The notes under the pieces were generated by a model. It was not told where the DNA came from, did no database searches, and saw only the letters and a program-made list of their open reading frames with translations. Positions 28,541 to 38,181 of a stretch of 60,435 bases of DNA are shown in pieces. The position numbers and the translations under genes are program-made. Each line of letters begins with the position of its first letter. Position 1 is the stretch's first letter. This stretch comes from Christensenellales bacterium (GTDB lineage: Bacteria > Bacillota > Clostridia > Christensenellales > SZUA-584), in contig JBMNOU010000005.1 in NCBI GenBank assembly GCA_050943215.1, positions 1-60,435 of the forward strand, in the 5' to 3' direction.

Positions 28541-28915
28541 CTATTGCGCGATAATGTCGATTTCTCCTGTCCGTGCAGATTCCTCACCTACTATCTTGAT
28601 GAGTACACGATTGGGCAAGCATGCTGCAATATCGCCCACGCTATCAAGCCAGCCTGTGTTGATACATGTTTTATCATGGCAAGATGATTCAACGAAACGG
28701 ATCCGTCTTTTTTCGGCAACAATAACGATGTCCGTTCCCTCCAAAATAATTGTGGTCTGCTCGGTTATCCCGTCCAAATCAATTTTGTGTATCTCCTGAT
28801 CCTCTTTGATAACCACTGCAATCAATTCTAAGCAAGAACGGGTCTGAAATGTAATTAACAGCAGGACTGCTGCCGCAATAACTATTAGTCCTATTATAAT
28901 ATCTCCAAACTTCAT
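28541..28915 (-). CDS. NusG domain II (DUF1312)-type small membrane protein (EetA-like)
   Basis: 124 aa with an N-terminal TM and a beta-rich domain ending SSCHDKTCINTGWL...IACLPNRVLI, as in NusG_II proteins. Confidence 0.65.
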   Translation of the reverse strand: MKFGDIIIGLIVIAAAVLLLITFQTRSCLELIAVVIKEDQEIHKIDLDGITEQTTIILEGTDIVIVAEKRRIRFVESSCHDKTCINTGWLDSVGDIAACLPNRVLIKIVGEESARTGEIDIIAQ

Positions 28916-29106
28916 TTCGTTTCCTTTTTGAGACTAGTACTGCTTTAACAGTATCGTATTGCTATTTTAGCATACTCTTAATCGTAAAACGATACAACAA
29001 TCGAAAAACAATAATCATTTTATGTCATTAATTATTCATTTTGGCAATTGTTTTTTTTCGTTCCATTTGTTAATATTAATGGCATTAAATATATATCGGA
29101 TATGGT

Positions 29107-30048
29107 ATGAATAATCGGCAGTCAACATTGATAAAAGGGCTAATTCAAGTCGCCGATCCAAAGATCTGGATCGCATCTGTCATTCCACTTCTTACCGGCG
29201 GTGCTTTGGCATGGACCTTCGGGGTAAATACAAAATCATTAAGCCCCTTATGGTTCTTATTAGCGATGATTGGTGTATTTCTTGTGGAAACAGCAAAAAA
29301 TGCATTAAATGAGGTGGTTGATTACCAATCCGGCGTTGATCCCGGCGTGGATGAAGAACACCGAACGCCTTTCTCAGGCGGCAAAAAATCAATCGTTAAT
29401 GGGCTTCTAGACCTGACGCAGTGTCTTTATTTTGCACTGATCTGCTTTTTTCTGGCCTCGGTTATTGGCGTTTGCCTCACAATATTTGTGGAACCAAAAA
29501 TTTTCTGGATTGGTCTTGCGGGTTTTACGCTTGCTATTGTTTATAGCTTACCGCCATTTAAGCTTTGCTACCGCGGGTTTGGTGAATTCGCAGTGGGGAT
29601 TTCATTTGGACCTATAACCGTCATGGGCATCTACGTTTTGATTGAAGGACAATTTGCCTGGCTCCCTCTTCTTATATCGCTTCCAATTGCTTTTTTAATT
29701 ACGAACGTGCTTTGGATCAATCAATATCCTGACTATGAAGTGGATAAAATATATAATAAGCGAAATTGGGTCGTTCGGCTTGGGAAGAAAAAAGGCGTTT
29801 GGATTTATGCAGCGCTTTTTGCGATAAGTTATCTGTCTGAGGTTGCTGTAGCAATTTATTGTGCAAATTTTATTTGGCTTTTACCGCTGATAACTGCACC
29901 GATAGCAATTAAAGCAGTTAAAAATTGCTACGCACATTACGGTGATATTAAAAGATTAACCGCTTCTAATGCTGCTACGGTTAAGATCTACCAGCTGTTC
30001 GGCTTGTCTTTTATTATTTGTTCTATACTTGACGGAAAAGTTTTTTAA
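29107..30048 (+). CDS. UbiA-family prenyltransferase, MenA/DmkA-like (DHNA polyprenyltransferase)
   Basis: 313 aa with about 8 TM helices and an Asp-rich motif (NEVVDYQSGVD). Confidence 0.75.
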   Translation: MNNRQSTLIKGLIQVADPKIWIASVIPLLTGGALAWTFGVNTKSLSPLWFLLAMIGVFLVETAKNALNEVVDYQSGVDPGVDEEHRTPFSGGKKSIVNGLLDLTQCLYFALICFFLASVIGVCLTIFVEPKIFWIGLAGFTLAIVYSLPPFKLCYRGFGEFAVGISFGPITVMGIYVLIEGQFAWLPLLISLPIAFLITNVLWINQYPDYEVDKIYNKRNWVVRLGKKKGVWIYAALFAISYLSEVAVAIYCANFIWLLPLITAPIAIKAVKNCYAHYGDIKRLTASNAATVKIYQLFGLSFIICSILDGKVF

Positions 30049-30066
30049 AAACATAGGAGAAAGATA

Positions 30067-31974
30067 ATGTCTAAAAAAGTTGTCATCGTTGGTGCCGGGT
30101 ACGCAGGTATCGAAACCGCTCTGAAACTTTATAAAAGAAGCAAAAAGGAAGATATTGATATTACCATACTGGATAGGAATCCGTTCCATACACTGCTTAC
30201 AGAGATTCATGAAGTCGCGGGAAACAGGGTATCTGAGGATTCAGTCAAGGTCCCGCTCAAAGAGGTCTTCAAAAATACGCGTGTCAGGCTGGTTATTGAC
30301 AACGTTCAAAAATATGATTTCGAAGAAAGAAAGGTGGTCTCCCAAAACCATGAATATCCATACGATTATTTAGTGATATCAATCGGATCTACGCCGAACT
30401 ATTTTGGGATACCCGGTCTAGAAGAGTACGGTCTCCCTCTGTGGTCGGTAAGTGACGCAATAACGGTCAGAGATCATATCAAACGCTGTTTCTACGAGGC
30501 GGAAACCGAAGAAGATCCAGAGCGGAGAAAACGCCTTCTCACGTTTGTTGTGGGCGGCGCAGGTTTTACCGGAGTGGAAATGATCGGTGAACTTGCGCAA
30601 TGGACGAAAAAGCTATATAGACAGTATAATATTGACCGCAATGATATAAGGCTTGTCATCATTGACATGCTTCCCCGTGTTCTTAATAATCTCTGCGAAA
30701 AAAATTCTAATAAAGCACACGAGTACATGCAAAAGAAGCTTGGCATAGAAGTTATACTTAAAACTGCGATTAAAAACGTAACACCTGATTCGGTTGATCT
30801 AGGTACCCGCCAGATCAACACGCGTACGCTTATATGGGCCGCCGGTGTCAGAGCCGCAATGGATGTCGAGAATATTAATCTTGAAAAAGGCCCAGCCAGA
30901 AGGCTTATTGTTGACGAATACTGCCGTACAAAATATCCGAACGTTTTTGCGGTGGGTGATGTCGGCGCGCTGGTAGACGAGAAGGGAAAGCCATATCCGG
31001 CAATGGTCGAGAATGCTATCCAAACAGGCGATGGCGTCGCGGAAAATATTTTAAATGATCTTAAAGGCAAAGACCCCAAGCCGGTAAAAGTCAAGCTGCA
31101 TGGTGTGATGGTAAGCATTGGCAACTATTATGCTGTCGCTGATTTAATGGGCGTTCGGCCACCGCGATGGATCTCGGTTTTTATGAAATACATTGTGAAC
31201 GTACATTATCTTCACGGCATACTCGGAATTAAAGGCGTCTGGCATTATTTACACGACGAAATACTGCACCGTAAACAGCACAAACGTTTCCTTCAACGTA
31301 ACTATACCAAAACAATTCAGGCATGGTGGCTTGTTCCTCTGCGGCTATTCCTTGGATGGACCTGGTTCTATGAAGGTGTGGAAAAAATATGGGACGGATG
31401 GCTGAACTACCCGAAATTAGCTAGTTTTTTAGGGTATGCCATATCAGGTGCCGATGCGGCATCTTCTGCGACCGCCGCGGAAGCGGTTACAGGCGCTACT
31501 GGAGCTGTGGCGGGTGCTGCAGAGATCGAAAAGCTTATGAATATTGACCTTGGCATTATAGGATTCTTCCTGGAAAGAGCGGGCCAGGGTGCACCTCTCG
31601 TTTTTCGCGTAAAATTTTTTCTGGTTGACTGGATACTCAACGGCTGGGTACTCGCAACGGATGGTTGGGCGATGTTTTTTCAGGTACTTATCGTTATACT
31701 CGAAATGCTCATCGGTCTTGCGATATTTTCAGGAACTTTTACGTTCTTGTCTTCAGTTGTTTCGCTTGGGCTGCTCGCAATGTTTATCACGTCTACCGGC
31801 ATGTATTCGACCGAATGGTGGATGCTGTTTGCAAGTATCGCAGTTGCCGCCGGTGCCGGCCGTGCTTTCGGGCTTGATCATTGGCTTCTTCCTTATATCG
31901 GAAGAGTATGGGATGCGACAAAAAAGAACGGCCGTTTAATATTGACGTTCGGGGAAAAGAGGTTGGAGAAGTAA
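30067..31974 (+). CDS. ndh: Type II NADH dehydrogenase with C-terminal membrane (DoxX-like) extension
   Basis: Two Rossmann motifs (VVIVGAGYAG; FVVGGAGFTGVE), with GD at VFAVGDVG. An extra polytopic extension of about 230 aa ends in AGAGRAFGLDHWLLP. Confidence 0.85.
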   Translation: MSKKVVIVGAGYAGIETALKLYKRSKKEDIDITILDRNPFHTLLTEIHEVAGNRVSEDSVKVPLKEVFKNTRVRLVIDNVQKYDFEERKVVSQNHEYPYDYLVISIGSTPNYFGIPGLEEYGLPLWSVSDAITVRDHIKRCFYEAETEEDPERRKRLLTFVVGGAGFTGVEMIGELAQWTKKLYRQYNIDRNDIRLVIIDMLPRVLNNLCEKNSNKAHEYMQKKLGIEVILKTAIKNVTPDSVDLGTRQINTRTLIWAAGVRAAMDVENINLEKGPARRLIVDEYCRTKYPNVFAVGDVGALVDEKGKPYPAMVENAIQTGDGVAENILNDLKGKDPKPVKVKLHGVMVSIGNYYAVADLMGVRPPRWISVFMKYIVNVHYLHGILGIKGVWHYLHDEILHRKQHKRFLQRNYTKTIQAWWLVPLRLFLGWTWFYEGVEKIWDGWLNYPKLASFLGYAISGADAASSATAAEAVTGATGAVAGAAEIEKLMNIDLGIIGFFLERAGQGAPLVFRVKFFLVDWILNGWVLATDGWAMFFQVLIVILEMLIGLAIFSGTFTFLSSVVSLGLLAMFITSTGMYSTEWWMLFASIAVAAGAGRAFGLDHWLLPYIGRVWDATKKNGRLILTFGEKRLEK

Positions 31975-31993
31975 CCCTTCGGAGGTATAAAGA

Positions 31994-32989
31994 GTGTGGG
32001 AAAATCTGCCCGCGTTAAAATTAGAACTTGAGATATTCGAACAGGCCATGCAGGCTCAATTTAATACCATAAAAATTAACAATTCCTATCTTGACAAGCT
32101 TTCATTAAACGTTATAAAAAGCGGCGGAAAAAGGCTTCGACCAGCAATGATGTTTGCTTCGGCTATGCTGGGCGAATATGACCGCAGCAAGGTATTGCAC
32201 GCCGCAATGAGCATCGAGCTACTGCATACTGCAACCCTGGTTCATGACGATATTATTGATAATGCAAAGATACGGCGCAATTCTCCCACAATATATGCAA
32301 GAAAAGGCGTTAATACTGCTATATTTGTAGGAGATTACATTTATGTGAAATCTATACTAGCGCTTGCGGAGGCCAACCTTCCTATTATGTATCTACGGGA
32401 GTTGGCAAAAGCGATAGAAGCCATCTGTATTGGTGAAGTAGAGCAATTCCGGAGCCGGGGTACCATTCCCACTTTCAGAACATATCTTTCTAGAATAACG
32501 CGTAAAACCGGAGTTTTATTTGCGGCATCCTGTGCAATAGGCGCTCGTCTTAGCGGACTTTCTGAGGACCTGATTAAACGTGCTGCACGGTTTGGAGGCT
32601 ATTACGGAATCGCATTTCAGATTAGAGACGATCTTATGGATATCATTGGTAATCCAAAAACGATTGGCAAACCAGTAGGCAATGACCTTAAAGAAGGAAT
32701 CATCACGCTTCCTATACTTCTCGCTGGCGCAAAAAACCAGCATACCCGTAAACATCTAGAATTGTTTTTAAATGCGTTTGATAAAAAAAGGCCCTCGAAT
32801 AGGGATGTTTCACGCTTACTGAACGATGTAGTAAAAGCAGACGGCGTTAACGATGCAGAAGTCATCCTTAAGAAATATATCGATAAAGCACGTCATTTTT
32901 TGCAGAAACTGCCGGATACGCCTGGCAAAGATATGCTTTCATATATATTAAAATTTACATTCATTGATTTCATTGGAGATAAAGAGTGA
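31994..32989 (+). CDS. Polyprenyl diphosphate synthase (DmkB-like)
   Basis: First and second Asp-rich motifs are present (LVHDDIIDN; FQIRDDLMD). GTG start. Confidence 0.85.
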   Translation: MWENLPALKLELEIFEQAMQAQFNTIKINNSYLDKLSLNVIKSGGKRLRPAMMFASAMLGEYDRSKVLHAAMSIELLHTATLVHDDIIDNAKIRRNSPTIYARKGVNTAIFVGDYIYVKSILALAEANLPIMYLRELAKAIEAICIGEVEQFRSRGTIPTFRTYLSRITRKTGVLFAASCAIGARLSGLSEDLIKRAARFGGYYGIAFQIRDDLMDIIGNPKTIGKPVGNDLKEGIITLPILLAGAKNQHTRKHLELFLNAFDKKRPSNRDVSRLLNDVVKADGVNDAEVILKKYIDKARHFLQKLPDTPGKDMLSYILKFTFIDFIGDKE

Positions 32990-33192
32990 AAAGCGTATAC
33001 TTCGAATAAACCATAATGATTGCACAGGGCGTAGATGTTTACGTAGGTTAAACAGCTTCTCAGGCCAACAAAGTTACGCCATCTTATGCAGACTCTTTTG
33101 CACTCTATTTTAGGTAAAAATTTGGGTTCTATAAAACCTCCCTTCACCATAGCCTCGCTTTCTGACAGGAAAGCAGCATCCTACCCTAATAA

Positions 33193-35670
33193 TTATGATA
33201 AGATATATCCCTTATTATTAAATAAATGAAGACACGCGTCTACCACATTAGCGTCATATTTTTTGCCTTTTAGGCGAGATATTTCTTTTAAAGCTGTATC
33301 CAATCCAAGTGCCGGTCTGTATGGCCTGTGTGAAGACATCGCTTCAACAACATCAGCCACACCTAAAATACGGACCGCCATAGATATCTCATCCCCTTTT
33401 AACCCAAGCGGATACCCCGAGCCGTCTATTCTTTCATGATGCTTTAATATTATCTCATCGATGGACCACGGAAAATTAATGTTTTTTATAACTTCATATC
33501 CCTTTCGGCAGTGTGATTTTATAATGCCGAATTCTAATTCTGTTATCTTTCCGGGTTTATTAAGTATATCGCTGGGAACATTCATTTTACCGATATCATG
33601 AAGGGATGCAGCAATTAAAACGGCTGTTTTGGTATCCTCTGGCAGCCCCATTTCTGTTGCAATCGCTAAAGACAAATCGGCTACCCTTCTTTGGTGCTCT
33701 GCAGTATAAGGGTCTCTTATTCTTATAATTGCCTCTAAAGAAGTGACAGTCTGATGAAAAAGCTTCTCCATATTTTTAAAGCTTTGCTCTAGGTCCTGCA
33801 CAGCAATATCGCGCTCTATTCGCGCCCGTAAATATTTTATACCAAAGGCAAGGTTTCCGGCCATCTCCGTTAAAAGCTTAACTTCCTCATCGTCAAAAAC
33901 ATCCTGGTCCTCGGAGTAAATCGTAAGCGCCCCCCTTACGCCGCCTTTGATGATGCCTAGCGGTATCGAAATGACCGCATTATAACTCCGTTTGATGGCT
34001 TCTTTGCGCCATGGAGCAAACCTAAGGTCTATCTCAATGTTACGGCAAATAAACAACTCACGATTGCGAATGGCCATAGCTACAATTCCGCTTTCTTTCT
34101 CGTTGTCTTTAAGGGCAATATCCAAAATTTTAAGATAGCCTTCCTCATATCCTGCATGCGCTACCGGCAGGACGGTTTGCTCTTCATCGTTGTCTACATA
34201 ACCCACCCACGCAAATCGATACCCACCAATATCCACTATATTTTTGCATACATTATCCAGCAAAGACTGTTCATTTTCAGCGTATAGCATAGCCATATTG
34301 ACGGCGCTTGTTGCTTTTAGAGCCCGGTTAATCCGGTTAAACTCAGTAATGTCTGCAATTGTGGCAATAGACTTGCTTGTTCCCGGAATCAAATCTATCG
34401 CAACTAAACAGTCCCTGATGTTTCCGTACTTATCAGTTATATGAGAAGAATATTTTTTCGGAACTCGGGCCGAATCAATTCTTCTTAAACGATGGTAATC
34501 CTTCATTACATTTTTATCATTCTCTGGAAAAAGATCTAACCATTGGGCACCTTCCAGCTCTTCCTTCGAATACCCGAATGATTTCCCCCATTCCCGGTTG
34601 GCTTTGGATATCGTCATATCATCTTCTATGATATAAGTTGCCGCTCCGGTGTTTTCAAATATAGATCGGTAATAGTTTTCGGACTCTTTAAGAGCCAAAT
34701 TGTTCTTCTTCTGACGTAGTGCTTTTGCAAAAAAATCGGCCACCATATTTAAAATATAAATGCTGCTTTTTGACCAGACTTTCTCGCAAAGTGAGCTCGA
34801 CCCCAGATATCCGATGAGGCTGTTTCCGTAAGCAATAGGGACTCCTATTGCCGATTGTGCTCCCTGCGCCTGTAAAATATTTTTTTCCACCCTGGCTTTT
34901 GGAGGAAGATCTGATGCTCTTGGTATATAAACATTTTCAAAGTTATGTAGTTTTTCCATCCACCAAGAAACGTTTTTGCAAGGGAGATCCCGCAGGTTAC
35001 CCGTTGCCTCTATCCCTCTTCTGCGCCACTCATAGGCATTGCTCATCGTCGATTCATCATCGGAAAGGAGGTAAACATAACAGCAATCGTCGTTATTAAA
35101 TAATCCGATTTGTTTTAAGGTAAAACAGATCAACTGGTCAATATCTTCAGCCTCGGCTTTGGTAAAATCGTGAGATATTTTTATTATCATACTCTGAGAC
35201 TCCACCTGATGTTTCATAGTCATTTCTGCTTTTTTGTATTCGGTGATATCAAATAATGAGATAATTATTTTGCTATCGGGCAATTTTGCGGCAGTAATTA
35301 AAATATCATGAACTTTATTATGTTTACCGATGCATTTTATTTCAAGCTCTAACGGAGCATCACCTAAAACAATCTGCCATTGTACAAGTTTTTTTTCTAC
35401 TGTGTCTGAAAATTCCGGGGTCACGAATTGTATAAAAGATTTTCCTATCAGTTCATTGCTGGGATATTCCGACCTTTGTTTAAATACAGAATTTGCTGTC
35501 ACAATATTTAATTCATTATCAACGACCAGCATCGCTGTACCGGTATTCTCAAAAATCGTTTTAAAATAAGTATCCGATTCCAAAAATCCGAGCTCTAGTT
35601 GGCTATTGTCGGCAAAGTCGCTAATTAATTCTTCAGTCACTCTTCTAGTTTGCTCTTTGTTGTTCTCCAT
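33193..35670 (-). CDS. Multi-sensor HD-GYP phosphodiesterase (PAS-GAF-PAS-GAF-HD-GYP)
   Basis: PAS cores (FKTIFENTGTAMLVVD; YRSIFENTGAATYII). HD-GYP catalytic motifs (AASLHDIGKMNVP; HHERIDGSGYPLGL). Confidence 0.85.
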   Translation of the reverse strand: MENNKEQTRRVTEELISDFADNSQLELGFLESDTYFKTIFENTGTAMLVVDNELNIVTANSVFKQRSEYPSNELIGKSFIQFVTPEFSDTVEKKLVQWQIVLGDAPLELEIKCIGKHNKVHDILITAAKLPDSKIIISLFDITEYKKAEMTMKHQVESQSMIIKISHDFTKAEAEDIDQLICFTLKQIGLFNNDDCCYVYLLSDDESTMSNAYEWRRRGIEATGNLRDLPCKNVSWWMEKLHNFENVYIPRASDLPPKARVEKNILQAQGAQSAIGVPIAYGNSLIGYLGSSSLCEKVWSKSSIYILNMVADFFAKALRQKKNNLALKESENYYRSIFENTGAATYIIEDDMTISKANREWGKSFGYSKEELEGAQWLDLFPENDKNVMKDYHRLRRIDSARVPKKYSSHITDKYGNIRDCLVAIDLIPGTSKSIATIADITEFNRINRALKATSAVNMAMLYAENEQSLLDNVCKNIVDIGGYRFAWVGYVDNDEEQTVLPVAHAGYEEGYLKILDIALKDNEKESGIVAMAIRNRELFICRNIEIDLRFAPWRKEAIKRSYNAVISIPLGIIKGGVRGALTIYSEDQDVFDDEEVKLLTEMAGNLAFGIKYLRARIERDIAVQDLEQSFKNMEKLFHQTVTSLEAIIRIRDPYTAEHQRRVADLSLAIATEMGLPEDTKTAVLIAASLHDIGKMNVPSDILNKPGKITELEFGIIKSHCRKGYEVIKNINFPWSIDEIILKHHERIDGSGYPLGLKGDEISMAVRILGVADVVEAMSSHRPYRPALGLDTALKEISRLKGKKYDANVVDACLHLFNNKGYILS

Positions 35671-35699
35671 AAATACTCGGTCTGTGTTATTTCGATTAC

Positions 35700-37288
35700 T
35701 TTATTTATATTATAACATTAATAGGCCATTCATGGAATGGTCTATTAATTGCAGAAATAGATTCCGGATCATCAAAAGATATGAATGTGGAACCGTCAAA
35801 AAGGTATGGAACATACGCATTCGGATGCACAGAATAGCTATACGATGCATCATTTATGTAAGATGAGACAATCTTATCATACGCAATGGATGACCCCGAC
35901 GCAACTTTTGGTGCATTCCATTGTTCGTGCCGGGCACGCCATTAAACTGGATACCGAAGAAAGGTATACCCATAACGATTTTTGACTTGTGGAAACCTTT
36001 GCTAAATCCATAGGTTTACAGCGTCTTCGCAGCTCCATTTATACTACGGAGAAAATTCCTTTGGCATGTATAGCGGCGCATTTAAACAGTATAACAGCCC
36101 TCCCATGACCCGTGCATGTCATATGTCATTACGGTAGCGAAGTCCACATAGTTTGAAAGAACGTTAAGCTCGGTATTCTCGCCGGCGGCGCCCGCAAACG
36201 TAAGCAGGCAATGGCATTCGTCTAAGCGACCCTGTTCATCAAGTTTCTCGCGCAGTTTTGCCATCAGAAGAGTAAAGTTGGTTTTATCCTCGGGTCTCGT
36301 CGTATTAGAGGACAACCCGCCACTAACAGGGTGTTTCCAATCCAAATCCACGCCGCCAACCATGCTGCTTAATAAACCCAACGATACTGTCGGCAAAGAC
36401 CGTCGGCTCTCATCCGTGAGTGCCACATCAAAAAACTTATCCGACCATGTCCACCCGCCAACCGATATTAGCATCTTAATATGAGGGGATTTCTCTTTCA
36501 GCTGCCTGAGTTTTGCAAAATTGGCAAGGTCAACGGCCGAGTCCCTTATTTTTATTTTTAAATCGGAGCCGATGTTGGCAAAGCATAATTAATATGCGTT
36601 AATGTTCAAAGGTGTATAACCCGAATAGGCGGCCCAGGATGCGTAATATCCAGCCAATATTTTCCCTGTACTGGTACAGGCATCGATGTCGGCTCAGGCG
36701 CTGGTGTTGGTTCAGGTACCGGCGTATTCGTAACCGAGGTATACACCGAATATTCATAGCTAGTTTTACCATTATAGTCTATTTTACACCACGAACCCAC
36801 TGCTCCGATAACATTATAAGTCGAACCTTTAGGAGCGGTTCCTAGTTTTGAATAGCCGGCCCACTGCACACGTTGGCAGACCTTTGGCAGTTGATAATCG
36901 TATCGATCTGCAACGCCCCTGGGTTTGAATCAGACGCCTGATTATATGTTACTGATAGGTAGAATATATATGGGCCTATTTTTCCATTATAGTTTATCTT
37001 GTACCATGACCCTACCGTTCCGATAATATTGTAGACTGTATCTTTTCGAGCAGTACCCAATTTTGAATACCCTGTGCCCGGCCCGCTGCGCACGTTAACA
37101 AAGCTTACGCAGTTGGTGACCGTACCGGTTTGATATTCCGAAGATACATTTGCAAAAGCAATGATACTTGGATAACTTATGATCATAACAAACACTAGAA
37201 CAATAAAATATGTGATAATACGATGATTCGACCTCACTATAACCCCATGTAACCCCTTTTTAAACAACTCTATTAACAATAGTAACAT
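35700..37288 (-). pseudogene. Degraded secreted SH3b-SH3b-GH18 (chitinase-like) gene
   Basis: Signal/TM region, then two SH3b repeats (VNVRSGPGTGYSKLGTA...GSWYKINYNGK), a Pro-rich linker and GH18 blocks (KILAGYYASWAAYSGY; SVGGWTWSDKF; GVDLDWKHP; YDMHGSW; KIVMGIPFFG; FISFDDPESI). These are spread over all three frames with internal TAA/TAG stops. Confidence 0.8.
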
Positions 37289-37584
37289 TGAGCATTATAG
37301 TACATAACAGGTGATAAATAGGTGTAATAATATAAATTGTTTGATATCTGCGATTACGATTGAAGTGAAAAAGATTGTAGAAGGAAATACTCCGTTAAGA
37401 TAATTCTCGATGCCAACTAATCAGCAATAGTTGCAATCAAATTAATTGAAAATTCCCCAGCTCTTTAGCAAGCCATAATCTTTTTAGGTAGGAAGGTTTT
37501 TAAATATTTGGGCTCATCAAATGCTAAAAGAATTTTGAAGATATAATATAATACCAGTTAAAATTAAAAATTCACTAAGACAAT

Positions 37585-37609
37585 AAAAAAAACCCCAGAA
37601 AACGGGGGC
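37585..37609 (-). terminator. Intrinsic terminator after the tRNA pair
   Basis: On the minus strand: CCCC-GUUUUCU-GGGG followed by U8. Confidence 0.6.
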
Positions 37610-37616
37610 TTTTCAT

Positions 37617-37693
37617 TGGTAGCGGCGATCCGACTCGAACGGATGACAGGCCGGGTATGAACCGACTACTCTAGCCAACTGAGTTACGCCGCC
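37617..37693 (-). tRNA. tRNA-Met (elongator, anticodon CAT)
   Basis: 77 nt cloverleaf: GGCGGCG acceptor, GTCGG/CCGGC anticodon stem, TTCATAC loop, ATCCG-TTCGAGT-CGGAT T-arm, encoded CCA. Confidence 0.9.
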
Positions 37694-37740
37694 ATATACA
37701 TTACCCGATCAGACTTTCATCCAATCGGGTAATTAATTGT

Positions 37741-37816
<76 letters not shown>

Positions 37817-37836
37817 TCGAAACGGACGCAAGAAAC

Positions 37837-37865
37837 ATTGTATATCAAATCCTTCAATTAGTCAA
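37837..37865 (-). promoter_or_regulatory. Sigma-A type promoter for the tRNA-fMet/tRNA-Met operon
   Basis: On the minus strand: TTGACT, 17-nt spacer, TACAAT, ending about 20 nt upstream of the initiator tRNA. Confidence 0.5.
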
Positions 37866-38181
37866 CAGTTTTATAAAAACATTTTTAGATATACAGGCAT
37901 AATCTAATTATCTCTGACATTAAAAGCTCACGTAAAACAGGGTTTCTTATTACTCATCTTAACAAATATGTCAAAATAAAATGCGAATATTTTCTCGTCC
38001 GTTACCGCCATTCCAGCGCAATTTATATATTAAGCTTTGGGCACGGATTTCATCGCCTAAAATCTTGTATATGCTCTTTATCAATTATTTTTTTATAACT
38101 CTATGCATTTACTTCGAAACAAATGCAGCAGTATGCTACGGTTATTATGTATTACTCTATTGGCTCGAGCCAGAAATGAAA

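Noticed and set aside
28981-28993. The palindrome ATCGT-AAA-ACGAT in the divergent EET promoter region, considered as a candidate redox-regulator (for example Rex) site.
   Set aside because: It has only 5-bp arms and does not match the Rex consensus (TTGTGAA-n4-TTCACAA) as I remember it. It cannot be distinguished from chance without comparative data.
35606-35985. Plus-strand ORFs 35606..35866 and 35785..35985.
   Set aside because: They lie antisense to the C-terminal remains of the GH18 pseudogene, whose minus-strand blocks (KIVMGIPFFG, FISFDDPESI) explain the region.
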